32,000 nt of DNA from Candidatus Velamenicoccus archaeovorus. GTDB taxonomy: Bacteria > Omnitrophota > Gorgyraeia > Velamenicoccales > Velamenicoccaceae. The DNA lies in the NCBI RefSeq assembly GCF_004102945.1, contig NZ_CP019384.1, positions 480,001 through 512,000 on the forward strand, written 5' to 3'. Numbering within the stretch: position 1 is the first letter of the stretch; every line of letters begins with the position of its first letter. Of this stretch, positions 16,661 through 25,373 are shown piece after piece. The translations under genes were made by a program, and so were the position numbers. A model generated the notes under the pieces. It saw nothing but the letters and a program-made list of their open reading frames with translations, searched no databases and was not told the origin of the DNA.

Positions 16661-19177
16661 ATGATAGACAGAATCGTCGATTTTGCTTTTAAAAGACCGA
16701 AAGCGATTTTTGCGATCGCCGGTCTCCTGACGTTCGTGGCGTTGTTGCAGTTTTTGCGCATCAAGATCGATACGGACCCGGAGAATATGCTGCCGGCCAA
16801 TGAATTCGTCCGGCGTTTTCATCAGGAGGTCAAAAAGGAATTCACCCTCTATGATTATATCGTTGTCGGTGTTGTCGACGAAAGCTCGCCGGCGGGTGTT
16901 TTCAATCCTCGGACCCTGGAAGATGTCTATCAGCTGACGCAGGCCATCGGCAAAATCGACGGTGTCGTCGCCTACGATATGATGAGTCTCTCCACCAAAG
17001 ACGATGTCCAGTCGGACGGCGCGGGCACGGTGCGTTTCCAATGGCTGATGCATGCTCCGCCTTATACGGAGCAGGATGCGCTCTGGATCCGTTCGCGCGC
17101 CCTGGCCAATCCCATGTTCTACAATACGCTCGTTTCCGCCGATGGTAAGGCATTGGCGATCTATGTGCCCATCAAAGAAAAAAAGATAAGCTATACGGTC
17201 GCCAAAAAGATCGGCGAGCTGACGAAGGCTTATCGAGGGGGAGAGCGGTATTTTCTGACGGGCCTGCCTTTGGCCGAAGACGCTTTCGGTCATGAGATGT
17301 TCGTCCAGATGGCCCTTTCCGCTCCTGCGGCCATGCTTGTCATTTTTCTCCTCATGTGGGTTTTCTTCAGGAACGTGCGTCTTGTGGTCCTGCCCTTGGT
17401 CATGGCCATGGACGTCGTCATCTTGACGATGGGGGCGATGGTCGGCCTTGGGTTCCCGATCCATATCATGAGCTCCATGATCCCCATCTTTCTTCTGCCG
17501 ATTTGCGTCCTGGATTCAATCCACCTTTTGAGCGATTATTATGAGGAATACCGCCGCTTTCCGAACAAGGAGGAGGCGATTCGGCATGTCCTGCGCAAGC
17601 TCTTCATGCCGAACCTGTTTACTTCCTTGACGACCGTCGCCGGATTTTTTTCTCTTTCCTTTGCGCCGATCCCACCGGTCCAGGTATTTGGCATCTTTGT
17701 TGCGATCGGCGTTGCCGTGGCGTGGCTGACGACAGTGCTTTTCATCCCAGCTTATGTGGCGCTTCTGGACGCTTCGCGCCTGGCGACGTTCGGCGTCAGA
17801 CATGAAGAGAATCCGACCGGACCCGAACACGTCATCCTGGAATTCGCCCGTCATCTTGCGGTTGATCGCTGGAAGCTTGTGTTGGCGGTGACCGTTTTGA
17901 CGGTGGCCGTTTCCATCATTGGGCTTACACGCATCAAGGTCAACGACAATCCGACAAAATGGTTTTCCAAAAAGCATCCTATCCGCGTCGCAGACATTGT
18001 GCTCAACAGGCATTTCGGCGGAACGTACAGCGCGTATCTCGTGATGGAACCGAGAGACAAAAAAGAAGAGGTTTTTCTTGATCCGGCGATGCTTGAATAC
18101 ATCCGCGGCCTCCAAAAATATCTGCTGGAACAGGGGTCGGTGGGGAAGTCGACATCGCTTGCGGATGTTGTCTCCAAGGTCTACGACGAGCTTTTGGGCG
18201 GCGACAAGAAAAACGGGATGATCCCGCCGACAAAAGAGGCTGTGGCGCAATGCCTCCTTTTGTTCGAGAATTCGCATAAACCCGACGATCTCTGGCACTT
18301 TGTGACGCCGGACTACGACAAGCTTAACTTATGGATGCAGTTGACTTCGGGGGACAACCGGGATATGGCCCTGGTGGTCAGACAGGTTGAGACCTATTTC
18401 AAGGAACATCCGGCGCCACAGCCTCTGATCTATCACTGGTCGGGTCTGACCTACATCAATATGGTCTGGCAGGACAAGATGGTGATCGGGATGTTCGTGA
18501 ATTTCCTTGGGAGTTTTCTGATCGTCCTGTTCATGATGGTCGTTTTGTTCCGGTCGCCCTTGGTAGGATTATTGTCCATGATCCCCATGACGGTGACCAT
18601 TGTGTTCATTTACAGCACCCTCGGATTTTTCGGCAAGGAATACGATATGCCCGTGGCGGTGCTTTCGGCGTTGACCCTGGGCCTCTCCATCGATTACGCC
18701 ATTCATTTTATCGAACGGTCGCGCCAGATCTATAAGGTAAGGATGAATTGGCCCGATACGGCCAGGGAGATGTTCGGCGCGCCGGCGCGCGCGCTTGTGC
18801 GCAACGCCTTTGTCATCTCTATCGCTTTCCTGCCCCTGTTTTTGTCGAGGCTGGTGCCTTACAATACGGTCGGGTTTTTTATGCTGATGATCATGCTTGT
18901 GTCGAGCGTCGGGACCCTTTTGATCCTGCCGGCCATCATTTCGGCGGCGCCTCGGGTCGTTTTCGGCCATCTGGAGCCCGAGAAGAAGGTCAGCAGATGC
19001 GCTTGCGGCGAATGCATGCTTTTGGCTGTCATGTTGGCAGCGTCTGTCCTGTACGTTCTTTTGGGTTATTCCCTCACGAGATGGAATGTGGCGACGGTGA
19101 TCGCGGTCTTTGTTGTTGTGGTATTGGCCGGTATTTGTTTTATTGTCGGCCGCCTTCGCAACAATAGGATGGTTTGA
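16661..19177 (+). CDS. RND-superfamily exporter of the MMPL / predicted-exporter (COG1033-like) type
   Basis: The topology is two repeats of (TM, large periplasmic loop, 5 TMs). ATG at 16661 follows AAAGGAG. A C-terminal extension carries CACGEC and two additional hydrophobic helices. The ORF-track start at 16544 overlaps the arsR-like gene. Confidence 0.8.
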   Translation: MIDRIVDFAFKRPKAIFAIAGLLTFVALLQFLRIKIDTDPENMLPANEFVRRFHQEVKKEFTLYDYIVVGVVDESSPAGVFNPRTLEDVYQLTQAIGKIDGVVAYDMMSLSTKDDVQSDGAGTVRFQWLMHAPPYTEQDALWIRSRALANPMFYNTLVSADGKALAIYVPIKEKKISYTVAKKIGELTKAYRGGERYFLTGLPLAEDAFGHEMFVQMALSAPAAMLVIFLLMWVFFRNVRLVVLPLVMAMDVVILTMGAMVGLGFPIHIMSSMIPIFLLPICVLDSIHLLSDYYEEYRRFPNKEEAIRHVLRKLFMPNLFTSLTTVAGFFSLSFAPIPPVQVFGIFVAIGVAVAWLTTVLFIPAYVALLDASRLATFGVRHEENPTGPEHVILEFARHLAVDRWKLVLAVTVLTVAVSIIGLTRIKVNDNPTKWFSKKHPIRVADIVLNRHFGGTYSAYLVMEPRDKKEEVFLDPAMLEYIRGLQKYLLEQGSVGKSTSLADVVSKVYDELLGGDKKNGMIPPTKEAVAQCLLLFENSHKPDDLWHFVTPDYDKLNLWMQLTSGDNRDMALVVRQVETYFKEHPAPQPLIYHWSGLTYINMVWQDKMVIGMFVNFLGSFLIVLFMMVVLFRSPLVGLLSMIPMTVTIVFIYSTLGFFGKEYDMPVAVLSALTLGLSIDYAIHFIERSRQIYKVRMNWPDTAREMFGAPARALVRNAFVISIAFLPLFLSRLVPYNTVGFFMLMIMLVSSVGTLLILPAIISAAPRVVFGHLEPEKKVSRCACGECMLLAVMLAASVLYVLLGYSLTRWNVATVIAVFVVVVLAGICFIVGRLRNNRMV

Positions 19178-19213
19178 ACGTTTGTTAACCTTGTGTTTTT
19201 ACGGAGGACGACT

Positions 19214-20011
19214 ATGAAAAGGATGTTTTTTGCCGTGTTTGGTTTAGGGCTTCTGCTGGGGACGGCCGTTGGCGCCGAGGCTGGTGATCCGTCGGCAGAC
19301 GAGATCGTCAAAAAGGCCAATCACATCGCTTACTATGAGGGTCAGGATGGCCGCGCCAGGGTCGAGATGACCGTGACGGACGCCCAGGGGCGCACCCGCC
19401 AGCGTGTGATGACTATCCTGCGGATGAACGTCGGAGACGACGCCGAACAGAAATATTACGTCTATTTTCACAGGCCCACAGATGTTAAGGGAATGGCATA
19501 TATCGTCTGGAAGCATTTGGACAGAGATGATGACAGATGGCTGTATCTGCCGGCCTTGGATCTTGTGCGCAGGATCGCGGCTTCGGACAAACGCTCCAGT
19601 TTTGCTGGCACCAACTTCCTGTATGAAGACATTTCAGGCAGGAGCCTCTCTTTGGACACGCATGAGCTCATGGGCGGCGATGACAAGACATATCAGATCA
19701 AAAACACGCCCAAAGACGGCAATGCCGTCGAATTCTCTTATTATGTGACATGGATCAATAAGGACAATTTTGTCCCGGTTAAGGCCGAATATTATGACAA
19801 GGAAGGTAAATTATACCGTCGCCTGGAGGCTTTGGAGACCAAGGACGTTGGAGGTTATTTGACCATCACAAAAATGAAAGCCGAAGATCTCAATGCAGGC
19901 AGTTCGACCGTTGCCTTGTTCAGCCAGATTGAATACGACATCAAGATGGGAGAAGATATCTTCACGGAGCGCTACCTGCGCAAGCCTCCTCTCCAATGGA
20001 TCCAGGAATGA
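19214..20011 (+). CDS. LolA-like outer-membrane lipoprotein-sorting-type protein (periplasmic)
   Basis: Signal peptide, then ...DRWLYLPALDLVRRIAASDKRSSFAGTNFLYEDISGR..., which matches the LolA_like family signature as I recall it. GGAGGA SD at 19203-19208. Confidence 0.75.
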   Translation: MKRMFFAVFGLGLLLGTAVGAEAGDPSADEIVKKANHIAYYEGQDGRARVEMTVTDAQGRTRQRVMTILRMNVGDDAEQKYYVYFHRPTDVKGMAYIVWKHLDRDDDRWLYLPALDLVRRIAASDKRSSFAGTNFLYEDISGRSLSLDTHELMGGDDKTYQIKNTPKDGNAVEFSYYVTWINKDNFVPVKAEYYDKEGKLYRRLEALETKDVGGYLTITKMKAEDLNAGSSTVALFSQIEYDIKMGEDIFTERYLRKPPLQWIQE

Positions 20012-21297
20012 TGCGCCGCGGCTATTCCATTATCGCATGCGCCGTCCTGGTTTCTTTCGGCGTCCTGGCGCCCCATCTTTATGCCGAGCCTTTGCGTTGG
20101 CACGGTTTTTTTGAATACGCCTTCGGCGGGCGGTGGGTGGAGGACCAGACCAAGCATGACAACTACAACATGCTTGAACAGCGGCTGCAACTTAAAACCG
20201 ATCATTTTTTTACGGGGGAAGATCTTCTGGGCCGGTGGAAGAGTCAGTTTGTTTTTAAGGGCGACTTCCTGGTGGATGAATATTTCGGCGGCAAGACGGA
20301 TTTCGATCTGCGCGAATGCAATATGGTCATGAGCCCGACGCATTTCCTGGATGTCAGGGTCGGGCGGCAGGTGTTGACATGGGGGACGGGGGATTACCTT
20401 TTCATCAACGATGTGTTCCCCAAGGACTACGAGTCTTTTTATATCGGCCGCGATGACGAGTATTTGAAGAAGCCGTCGGATGCGGCGCGTTTTTCTTTTT
20501 ATTCGGACATGGCGAACACCGATTTTATCGTTATTCCGCGCTTTGAACCGAATACCCTTCCCGACGGCCAACGCCTTTCGTTTTTCGATTCTTTCCAGAG
20601 AGGGATCTCCGGCACCAACTCCGACCGTTACCTGGTGGAGCCGGGGTGGCAGGCCAAGAATTTTGAGTATGCGATGAGGGTTTTCAGGAATTTCGGATCG
20701 GCCGAAGGCGCCTTGTATGTCTTCCGGGGATTTGATCCGTCGCCGCGCAGCTATTTGAATGAGGCCGACAGAGAGCTTTTTTATGAGCGCCAGGATGTTT
20801 TTGGCGCCAGCCTGCGGGGGCCTTTTGCCGGTGGGATTGGCAATATCGAAGCAGGATATGTGCATTCTCCCCAAGACGATCACGGCGACAACCGTCTGAT
20901 CGAGAATTCCATGTTCAAGGCCATGGCAGGATACGAGAAAGACCTGGGGCACGACTTGAAGATTGGTTTCCAGTATTATTATGAAGAGAAACTGGATTAC
21001 TCGAAGTATGCGGCGGCCCTCCTGCCGTTGGATTATTTCTGGGACCAGTATTATCACCTGTTGACCAACAGGATCACCAAGCTTTTTAAAAATCAGACGG
21101 TGGCTGTGTCTCTCTTTACATTTTTTTCTCCATCGGATCTGGATGGTTATTTCCGTGGTTCCGTGTCTTACGATCTGACAGATCAATGGAAGATGATTTG
21201 GGGGGTCAATATCCCCTGGGGCGGCGACACCCATACGGCATTTGCCCAGATGCGCAGGGACAAGAATGTTTACATCCGGGTAAGGTATAGTTTTTGA
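20008..21297 (+). CDS. outer-membrane beta-barrel protein
   Basis: The signal peptide contains RR. Alternating-hydrophobicity strands are rich in aromatic girdle residues, and the C-terminus ...YIRVRYSF ends in Phe. ATG at 20008 forms an ATGA overlap with the upstream stop. In-frame ATGs at 19996 and 20011 are alternatives. Confidence 0.7.
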   Translation: MMRRGYSIIACAVLVSFGVLAPHLYAEPLRWHGFFEYAFGGRWVEDQTKHDNYNMLEQRLQLKTDHFFTGEDLLGRWKSQFVFKGDFLVDEYFGGKTDFDLRECNMVMSPTHFLDVRVGRQVLTWGTGDYLFINDVFPKDYESFYIGRDDEYLKKPSDAARFSFYSDMANTDFIVIPRFEPNTLPDGQRLSFFDSFQRGISGTNSDRYLVEPGWQAKNFEYAMRVFRNFGSAEGALYVFRGFDPSPRSYLNEADRELFYERQDVFGASLRGPFAGGIGNIEAGYVHSPQDDHGDNRLIENSMFKAMAGYEKDLGHDLKIGFQYYYEEKLDYSKYAAALLPLDYFWDQYYHLLTNRITKLFKNQTVAVSLFTFFSPSDLDGYFRGSVSYDLTDQWKMIWGVNIPWGGDTHTAFAQMRRDKNVYIRVRYSF

Positions 21298-21341
21298 AGG
21301 GCGGGTATTTTATTCCGCCGGAGGCGGAGGAAGGAGGGCTC

Positions 21342-21797
21342 ATGATGAGGACGAAGGTATTGACGTGGTTGGCGGTCGTTGTGGGGTTTGTGTGCCTTGC
21401 TGGCAGTTTTGTTGCGGCTTCAGATTGGCCGGACTTGGCGCCGGAACCGGAATTGCTGTCGCCGACAGGGGAAGTGGTCAATTTGGCCGACAAAAAGACC
21501 CTGGAATTCAAGTGGAGTCCGTTCATCGGCCGGATGTGGGAAAGACAGTATTACGATTTCAGGCTTTATAAAGGGCGCCAGACGACAGAGGCCAATCAGC
21601 TGATCGCCAAGCAGATACCTAAAGATCAGTATTCGTTTACGGTCGATGCCGGCATCTTTCAGGACGGCGAGGTCTATACATGGGGTCTCAGGCAAGTTTA
21701 TATGGACAGAAAGAGCGAACAGGCGTATTCTTCTTTTAAGGTTGAAAAGAATGCCGGGAGCGCTTGCCCCACGGGGGATGCGAAGGCAGGAGAGTGA
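21342..21797 (+). CDS. small secreted protein, unknown family
   Basis: AAGGAGGG SD at 21331-21338. Signal peptide MMRTKVLTWLAVVVGFVCLAGSFVAA. The mature part looks beta-rich (LEFKWSP...YYDFRLYKG...YTWGLRQVY). Confidence 0.6.
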   Translation: MMRTKVLTWLAVVVGFVCLAGSFVAASDWPDLAPEPELLSPTGEVVNLADKKTLEFKWSPFIGRMWERQYYDFRLYKGRQTTEANQLIAKQIPKDQYSFTVDAGIFQDGEVYTWGLRQVYMDRKSEQAYSSFKVEKNAGSACPTGDAKAGE

Positions 21798-21828
21798 AGT
21801 TTGCGTGACGAAAACAAAGGAGGTTCGT

Positions 21829-21993
21829 GTGGTTGAAAGAGGAGAATTCCGAGGTAAGCCTGTTCTTATCCTGAAAAGGAGCGAAGATGAAAGATATCCG
21901 TTTTCTTTCGGGTTGAGCAAGGCTAAGTTGATCCTTGAGCACATTGAAGATATCAAAAAGTTCGTTGAAGACAACAACAAGCCCAGCGCATAG
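21829..21993 (+). CDS. small (about 54 aa) protein with a PC4/YdbC-like sequence pattern (tentative)
   Basis: GTG at 21829 lies 5 nt after AAAGGAGG (21816-21823). The pattern EFRGKPVLILKR...FSFGLSKAKLILEHIEDIKKFV resembles the PC4 pattern FKGK.lidIR...kGIsL..eqw..L...i..Id. An in-frame GTG at 21805 is an alternative start. Confidence 0.45.
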   Translation: MVERGEFRGKPVLILKRSEDERYPFSFGLSKAKLILEHIEDIKKFVEDNNKPSA

Positions 21994-21999
21994 CCGTTT

Positions 22000-22431
22000 A
22001 TGGATGGATTCATGCAGGTTGCTTTCGATGAGGCGATGCAAGGTCTCAAGGAAGGCGGCATCCCGATAGGTTCTGTCCTTGTGAAGGCGGGCGAGGTGAT
22101 CGGCCGGGGACATAACCGTAGGGTCCAGCAGGGCAGCCCGATTTTTCATGCCGAGATCGATTGTCTCCAACGGGCCGGCAGGGTCGGGTCCTATGAAGGC
22201 ACCGTCCTATATTCGACCTTGATGCCATGTTACTTGTGCGCCGGGGCTGTCGTGCAGTTCGGCATCAAGAAGGTCGTCGTCGGCGAATCCCGCACCTTTG
22301 CCGGGGCGAGGGACTTTATGCAGAAGCACGGCGTCAGCGTGACGGACCTTGACCTGAAAGAGTGCCGGGAGCTGATGGAGGATTTTATCCGCAAGCACCC
22401 GGATCTCTGGAATGAGGATATCGGGAAGTAG
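22000..22431 (+). CDS. FCY1-type (yeast-type) cytosine deaminase, CDA-fold zinc enzyme
   Basis: HAEIDCL and PCYLCAGAV are the zinc motifs. The sequence is collinear with yeast Fcy1 as I recall it (KEGGIPIG, GRGHNRR, TLYSTLMPC, VVVGE), down to the C-terminal WNEDIGK. Confidence 0.85.
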   Translation: MDGFMQVAFDEAMQGLKEGGIPIGSVLVKAGEVIGRGHNRRVQQGSPIFHAEIDCLQRAGRVGSYEGTVLYSTLMPCYLCAGAVVQFGIKKVVVGESRTFAGARDFMQKHGVSVTDLDLKECRELMEDFIRKHPDLWNEDIGK

Positions 22432-22491
22432 ATTTTGCTCCTTATCCCAAATTCCCCGCCGTCTATTTTACGGATACCAGAAAGGACCTTT

Positions 22492-22884
22492 ATGGCTATC
22501 AAAGACCTGTTTCAAAGCGCAGACTGGAAGAAAGAAAAGCATGTTCCCGTGATCGAAGCCCCTGCTCAAGCGAAAAAGGGCGAGAACGTTCGCGTAACGG
22601 TGAGCGTCGGTAAAGAAATCCCGCACCCCAACAAGACAGAGCATCATATTTGTTGGATCGATGTGTATTTTCATCCGTCGGGAGAAAAATTCCCTTACCA
22701 GGTGGGGCGTTTGGAGTTTACTGCCCACGGCGCTTCGATCGAAGGGCCGGACAAGAGCACCGTCTATTCGCATCCGGAAGGGGTCGTCGTGTTCAAGACG
22801 GACAAGCCCGGTAAGATCCTGGCTGCGTCTTACTGCAATATCCACGGTTTGTGGGAGGATTCCAGGGATTTGAATGTCGTTTAG
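22492..22884 (+). CDS. sor: 1Fe superoxide reductase (neelaredoxin type)
   Basis: EKHVPVI, HPNKTEHHICWIDVY and YCNIHGLWE supply the His4-Cys iron-ligand pattern. There is no N-terminal desulforedoxin domain. Confidence 0.85.
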   Translation: MAIKDLFQSADWKKEKHVPVIEAPAQAKKGENVRVTVSVGKEIPHPNKTEHHICWIDVYFHPSGEKFPYQVGRLEFTAHGASIEGPDKSTVYSHPEGVVVFKTDKPGKILAASYCNIHGLWEDSRDLNVV

Positions 22885-22908
22885 GTAGGGTTATTTTTGG
22901 GCTGGACA

Positions 22909-22940
22909 CAAAAGACCGCCGTGCTATCGGCGGTCTTTTG
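22909..22940. terminator. bidirectional intrinsic terminator between the convergent sor and dedA-like genes
   Basis: AGACCGCC (22913-22920) pairs with GGCGGTCT (22929-22936). The stem is flanked by AAAA on the 5' side and TTTT on the 3' side. Confidence 0.7.
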
Positions 22941-22954
22941 TCGTTGGATAAGGA

Positions 22955-23590
22955 TCAATGGTATCCGTATTTGATGACCATGATGCCGGCAATGACGAGG
23001 AGGATGAAGATAATAGAGAAGATATTGAAATATCTTTCGATGGAGTCGGCTATTTTTTTGCCGAAGATGCGCAAGGCGGCGGCGACCAAAAAGAACCTGC
23101 CGGCCCGGCCGACGATGGAGGCGCAGATAAGCGTCAACAGAGGGATGCAAAAGAGGCCTGCGGAGATCGTGAAGGCTTTGTAGGGAATAGGCGTGAATGC
23201 GGCGGCAAAGATGGCCAGGAAGGCATTCTTGCTGAACTGGACGCCGATGAAATCAACGGCGGCCTCCAGGTGGTAGGTGGCCACGATCCATTTGCCCACG
23301 GTTTCGTAAAGCCCCCAACCGATAAAATATCCAAGCAGCGCGCCGCACACGGACCCTATGGTGCATATCAAGGCGTCCCGCAGCCACTTTTTGCGGTTGG
23401 CCACGACCATGGCGATCAACAGGACGTCCGGCGGAACGGGAAAAAAGGAGCTTTCCATAAAAGCGATGCCGAAAAGAGCGGCTGGCGCCCTGGGGGTGCG
23501 GGCCCAGTGCACGGTCCAGTCATAGGATTTGCGGATCCATGCCAAGGGGTTCAAGGCCGATACGAGGGCGGCGCGGGTAGGCTGGGTCAT
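22955..23590 (-). CDS. DedA/YqaA-family (VTT domain) membrane protein
   Basis: FMESSFFPVPPDVLLIAM is the typical YqaA-type DedA motif. Five to six TMs. The start overlaps the hemerythrin gene stop in an ATGA. Confidence 0.75.
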   Translation of the reverse strand: MTQPTRAALVSALNPLAWIRKSYDWTVHWARTPRAPAALFGIAFMESSFFPVPPDVLLIAMVVANRKKWLRDALICTIGSVCGALLGYFIGWGLYETVGKWIVATYHLEAAVDFIGVQFSKNAFLAIFAAAFTPIPYKAFTISAGLFCIPLLTLICASIVGRAGRFFLVAAALRIFGKKIADSIERYFNIFSIIFILLVIAGIMVIKYGYH

Positions 23591-24129
23591 GAGGCGGCTT
23601 CCGGGAAGTTTTCGACGACCTGCGCGTATTTTTCGTGGATCATGTTGCGGTCGAATTCCTTGAAGTCTTCAAGCATCTTGTTTTTTTCCGCATCGGAGAA
23701 GTAATTCATGACGGGAAGAAAGAACCGCTTGTCTTCTTTTTGAATGTGGGGCGGATAAAACGCCGTCAGCGTCCGGATATTATCGGTGACGTCTTTGAGA
23801 GCGCCCGGTTGTTTTGAAAATCTTTGGGCCGCTTCCTGGAGGTCTTTGACTTTTTGGCGCGCGAAGATATGCTCCCGGATGAGCTCGTCTAAGATCGTCT
23901 TGTGCTCTGCGTTCAGCTTTTTTTCGGCCAGGGCCTTGAAAAGGATGTTTTCTTCTTTGCCATGATGGGTCCTGTCCGCGTAAGTCCTGAAAAAATCAAC
24001 GGCCTTTTCGATAAAAGACGGATTAAATGTCTTTTTCGCCTCGATCTCTCCAAGGCCTGATTTCATGATGCCGATCATTTTTTCGATCAGCCTATGTTCT
24101 ATCATCAGGGGGCCTGCAGGCAACATCAT
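23587..24129 (-). CDS. hemerythrin-like (HHE cation-binding) domain protein
   Basis: LMIEHRLIEKM..., ...HHGKEENILFKAL... and ...HIQKEDKRFF... give the His/Glu ligand spacing of hemerythrin-like domains. GAGAGGAA SD upstream. Confidence 0.7.
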   Translation of the reverse strand: MMLPAGPLMIEHRLIEKMIGIMKSGLGEIEAKKTFNPSFIEKAVDFFRTYADRTHHGKEENILFKALAEKKLNAEHKTILDELIREHIFARQKVKDLQEAAQRFSKQPGALKDVTDNIRTLTAFYPPHIQKEDKRFFLPVMNYFSDAEKNKMLEDFKEFDRNMIHEKYAQVVENFPEAAS

Positions 24130-24177
24130 TTCCTCTCTTTCTTCTTCTGCTGCCTATATTAACCAAGTCGCGGGGGA

Positions 24178-24205
24178 TTGTCAATGGGGCGAAGGGTGAT
24201 ATAAT
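24178..24205 (+). promoter_or_regulatory. candidate extended -10 sigma70 promoter for htpX-like/abcF
   Basis: TTGTCA at 24178-24183, 16-nt spacer ending in TGA, TATAAT at 24200-24205. Confidence 0.5.
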
Positions 24206-24395
24206 AAAAGCCCTGTGTTTGTCTTCCGGCCGCCCTGTCGACCGGTCGGCCTATCGCCAGGGGCGGAAGATTTTAAAAAGAAAGACCCCTTGCCTAAACG
24301 CTTGTCCATTTCACTCACAAGCACCAGAGGCGTTCGTGAAATGGACCTGCGCAGGCAGGGGTAATTCCGCCAGAGGCGGAATTAAGGAGGTTTTG

Positions 24396-25364
24396 ATGAT
24401 ATCGCTTAGATTGAGAATGTATCTTTTGCTCGCCGTTCTTTTCGGCGTCGTCTATATGATCGTGACCGTCATCGGCACGAGCATGGGGATGGATAATTTT
24501 TATTTCTATCTCGGCGTCGCCTTCGTGCTGATGGCGATCCAGTATATGGTGGGGCCGAAGCTGGTCGAGTGGTCCATGCATATCGAGTATGTGGACCGCG
24601 CCCGTTATCCGGAACTGCATGAGATGGTCGAAGAGCTGACGCGCCGGGCAGGCATCCCTAAGCCCAAGATCGGCATCGCGCACGTGGGGCTGCCGAATGC
24701 CTTTGCTTTTGGCCGGTGGATGTCCGACAGCCGCGTCTGTGTCACGGACGGCATTTTGAAATTGCTGAATAAAGAGGAGTTGCGCGCCGTTCTCGGCCAT
24801 GAGTTGAGCCATGTCAGGAACCGCGATGTCCTGACCATTACAGTTTTGTCCGTGATTCCCATGGTCCTATATCGTATTGCATGGTATTTTCTTTTCTGGG
24901 GCGGCGGCCGCCGGCGGGATAATTCAGGCGCCAATACGGCCCTCATCGGCCTGGCGGCCCTCTTGTTTTATTTTGTGACGAACCTCTTGGTTCTTTACGC
25001 GTCGCGTATCCGGGAGTATTTTGCAGACAAAGGATCTGTATCTCTCGGGAATCCTCCTGAAAGGCTTGCCAGCGCCCTCTATAAACTGGTGTATGGTTCC
25101 GCCCGCATGGATAAGGAGGCTCTGAGGGATGTCGAGGGCTTGAAAGCTTTTTTCCTGAATGATCCTTCCTGCGCCTCCAGGGAAATCAGCGAGCTCCGTC
25201 AGATCGATATGGACCATTCGGGCACGATCGATGCGGACGAGTTGGACGCTATACGCAGAAAAACAGTCCGCCTGACGACAGGCGACAAGCTCATGGAGTT
25301 TATGAGCACTCATCCCAATATGCTTAAACGGATCAAGGCATTGTCCGGCTATAGGAACACATAG
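24396..25364 (+). CDS. htpX: HtpX-like M48 zinc metalloprotease with an EF-hand-like loop in the C-terminal region
   Basis: HELSHVRNRD is the HExxH motif. Four TMs, a C-terminal STHPNMLKRI, and AAGGAGG SD at 24384-24390. DMDHSGTIDADE (25206-25241) fits the canonical 12-residue EF-hand loop. Confidence 0.8.
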   Translation: MISLRLRMYLLLAVLFGVVYMIVTVIGTSMGMDNFYFYLGVAFVLMAIQYMVGPKLVEWSMHIEYVDRARYPELHEMVEELTRRAGIPKPKIGIAHVGLPNAFAFGRWMSDSRVCVTDGILKLLNKEELRAVLGHELSHVRNRDVLTITVLSVIPMVLYRIAWYFLFWGGGRRRDNSGANTALIGLAALLFYFVTNLLVLYASRIREYFADKGSVSLGNPPERLASALYKLVYGSARMDKEALRDVEGLKAFFLNDPSCASREISELRQIDMDHSGTIDADELDAIRRKTVRLTTGDKLMEFMSTHPNMLKRIKALSGYRNT

Positions 25365-25373
25365 GCTGCTTGT

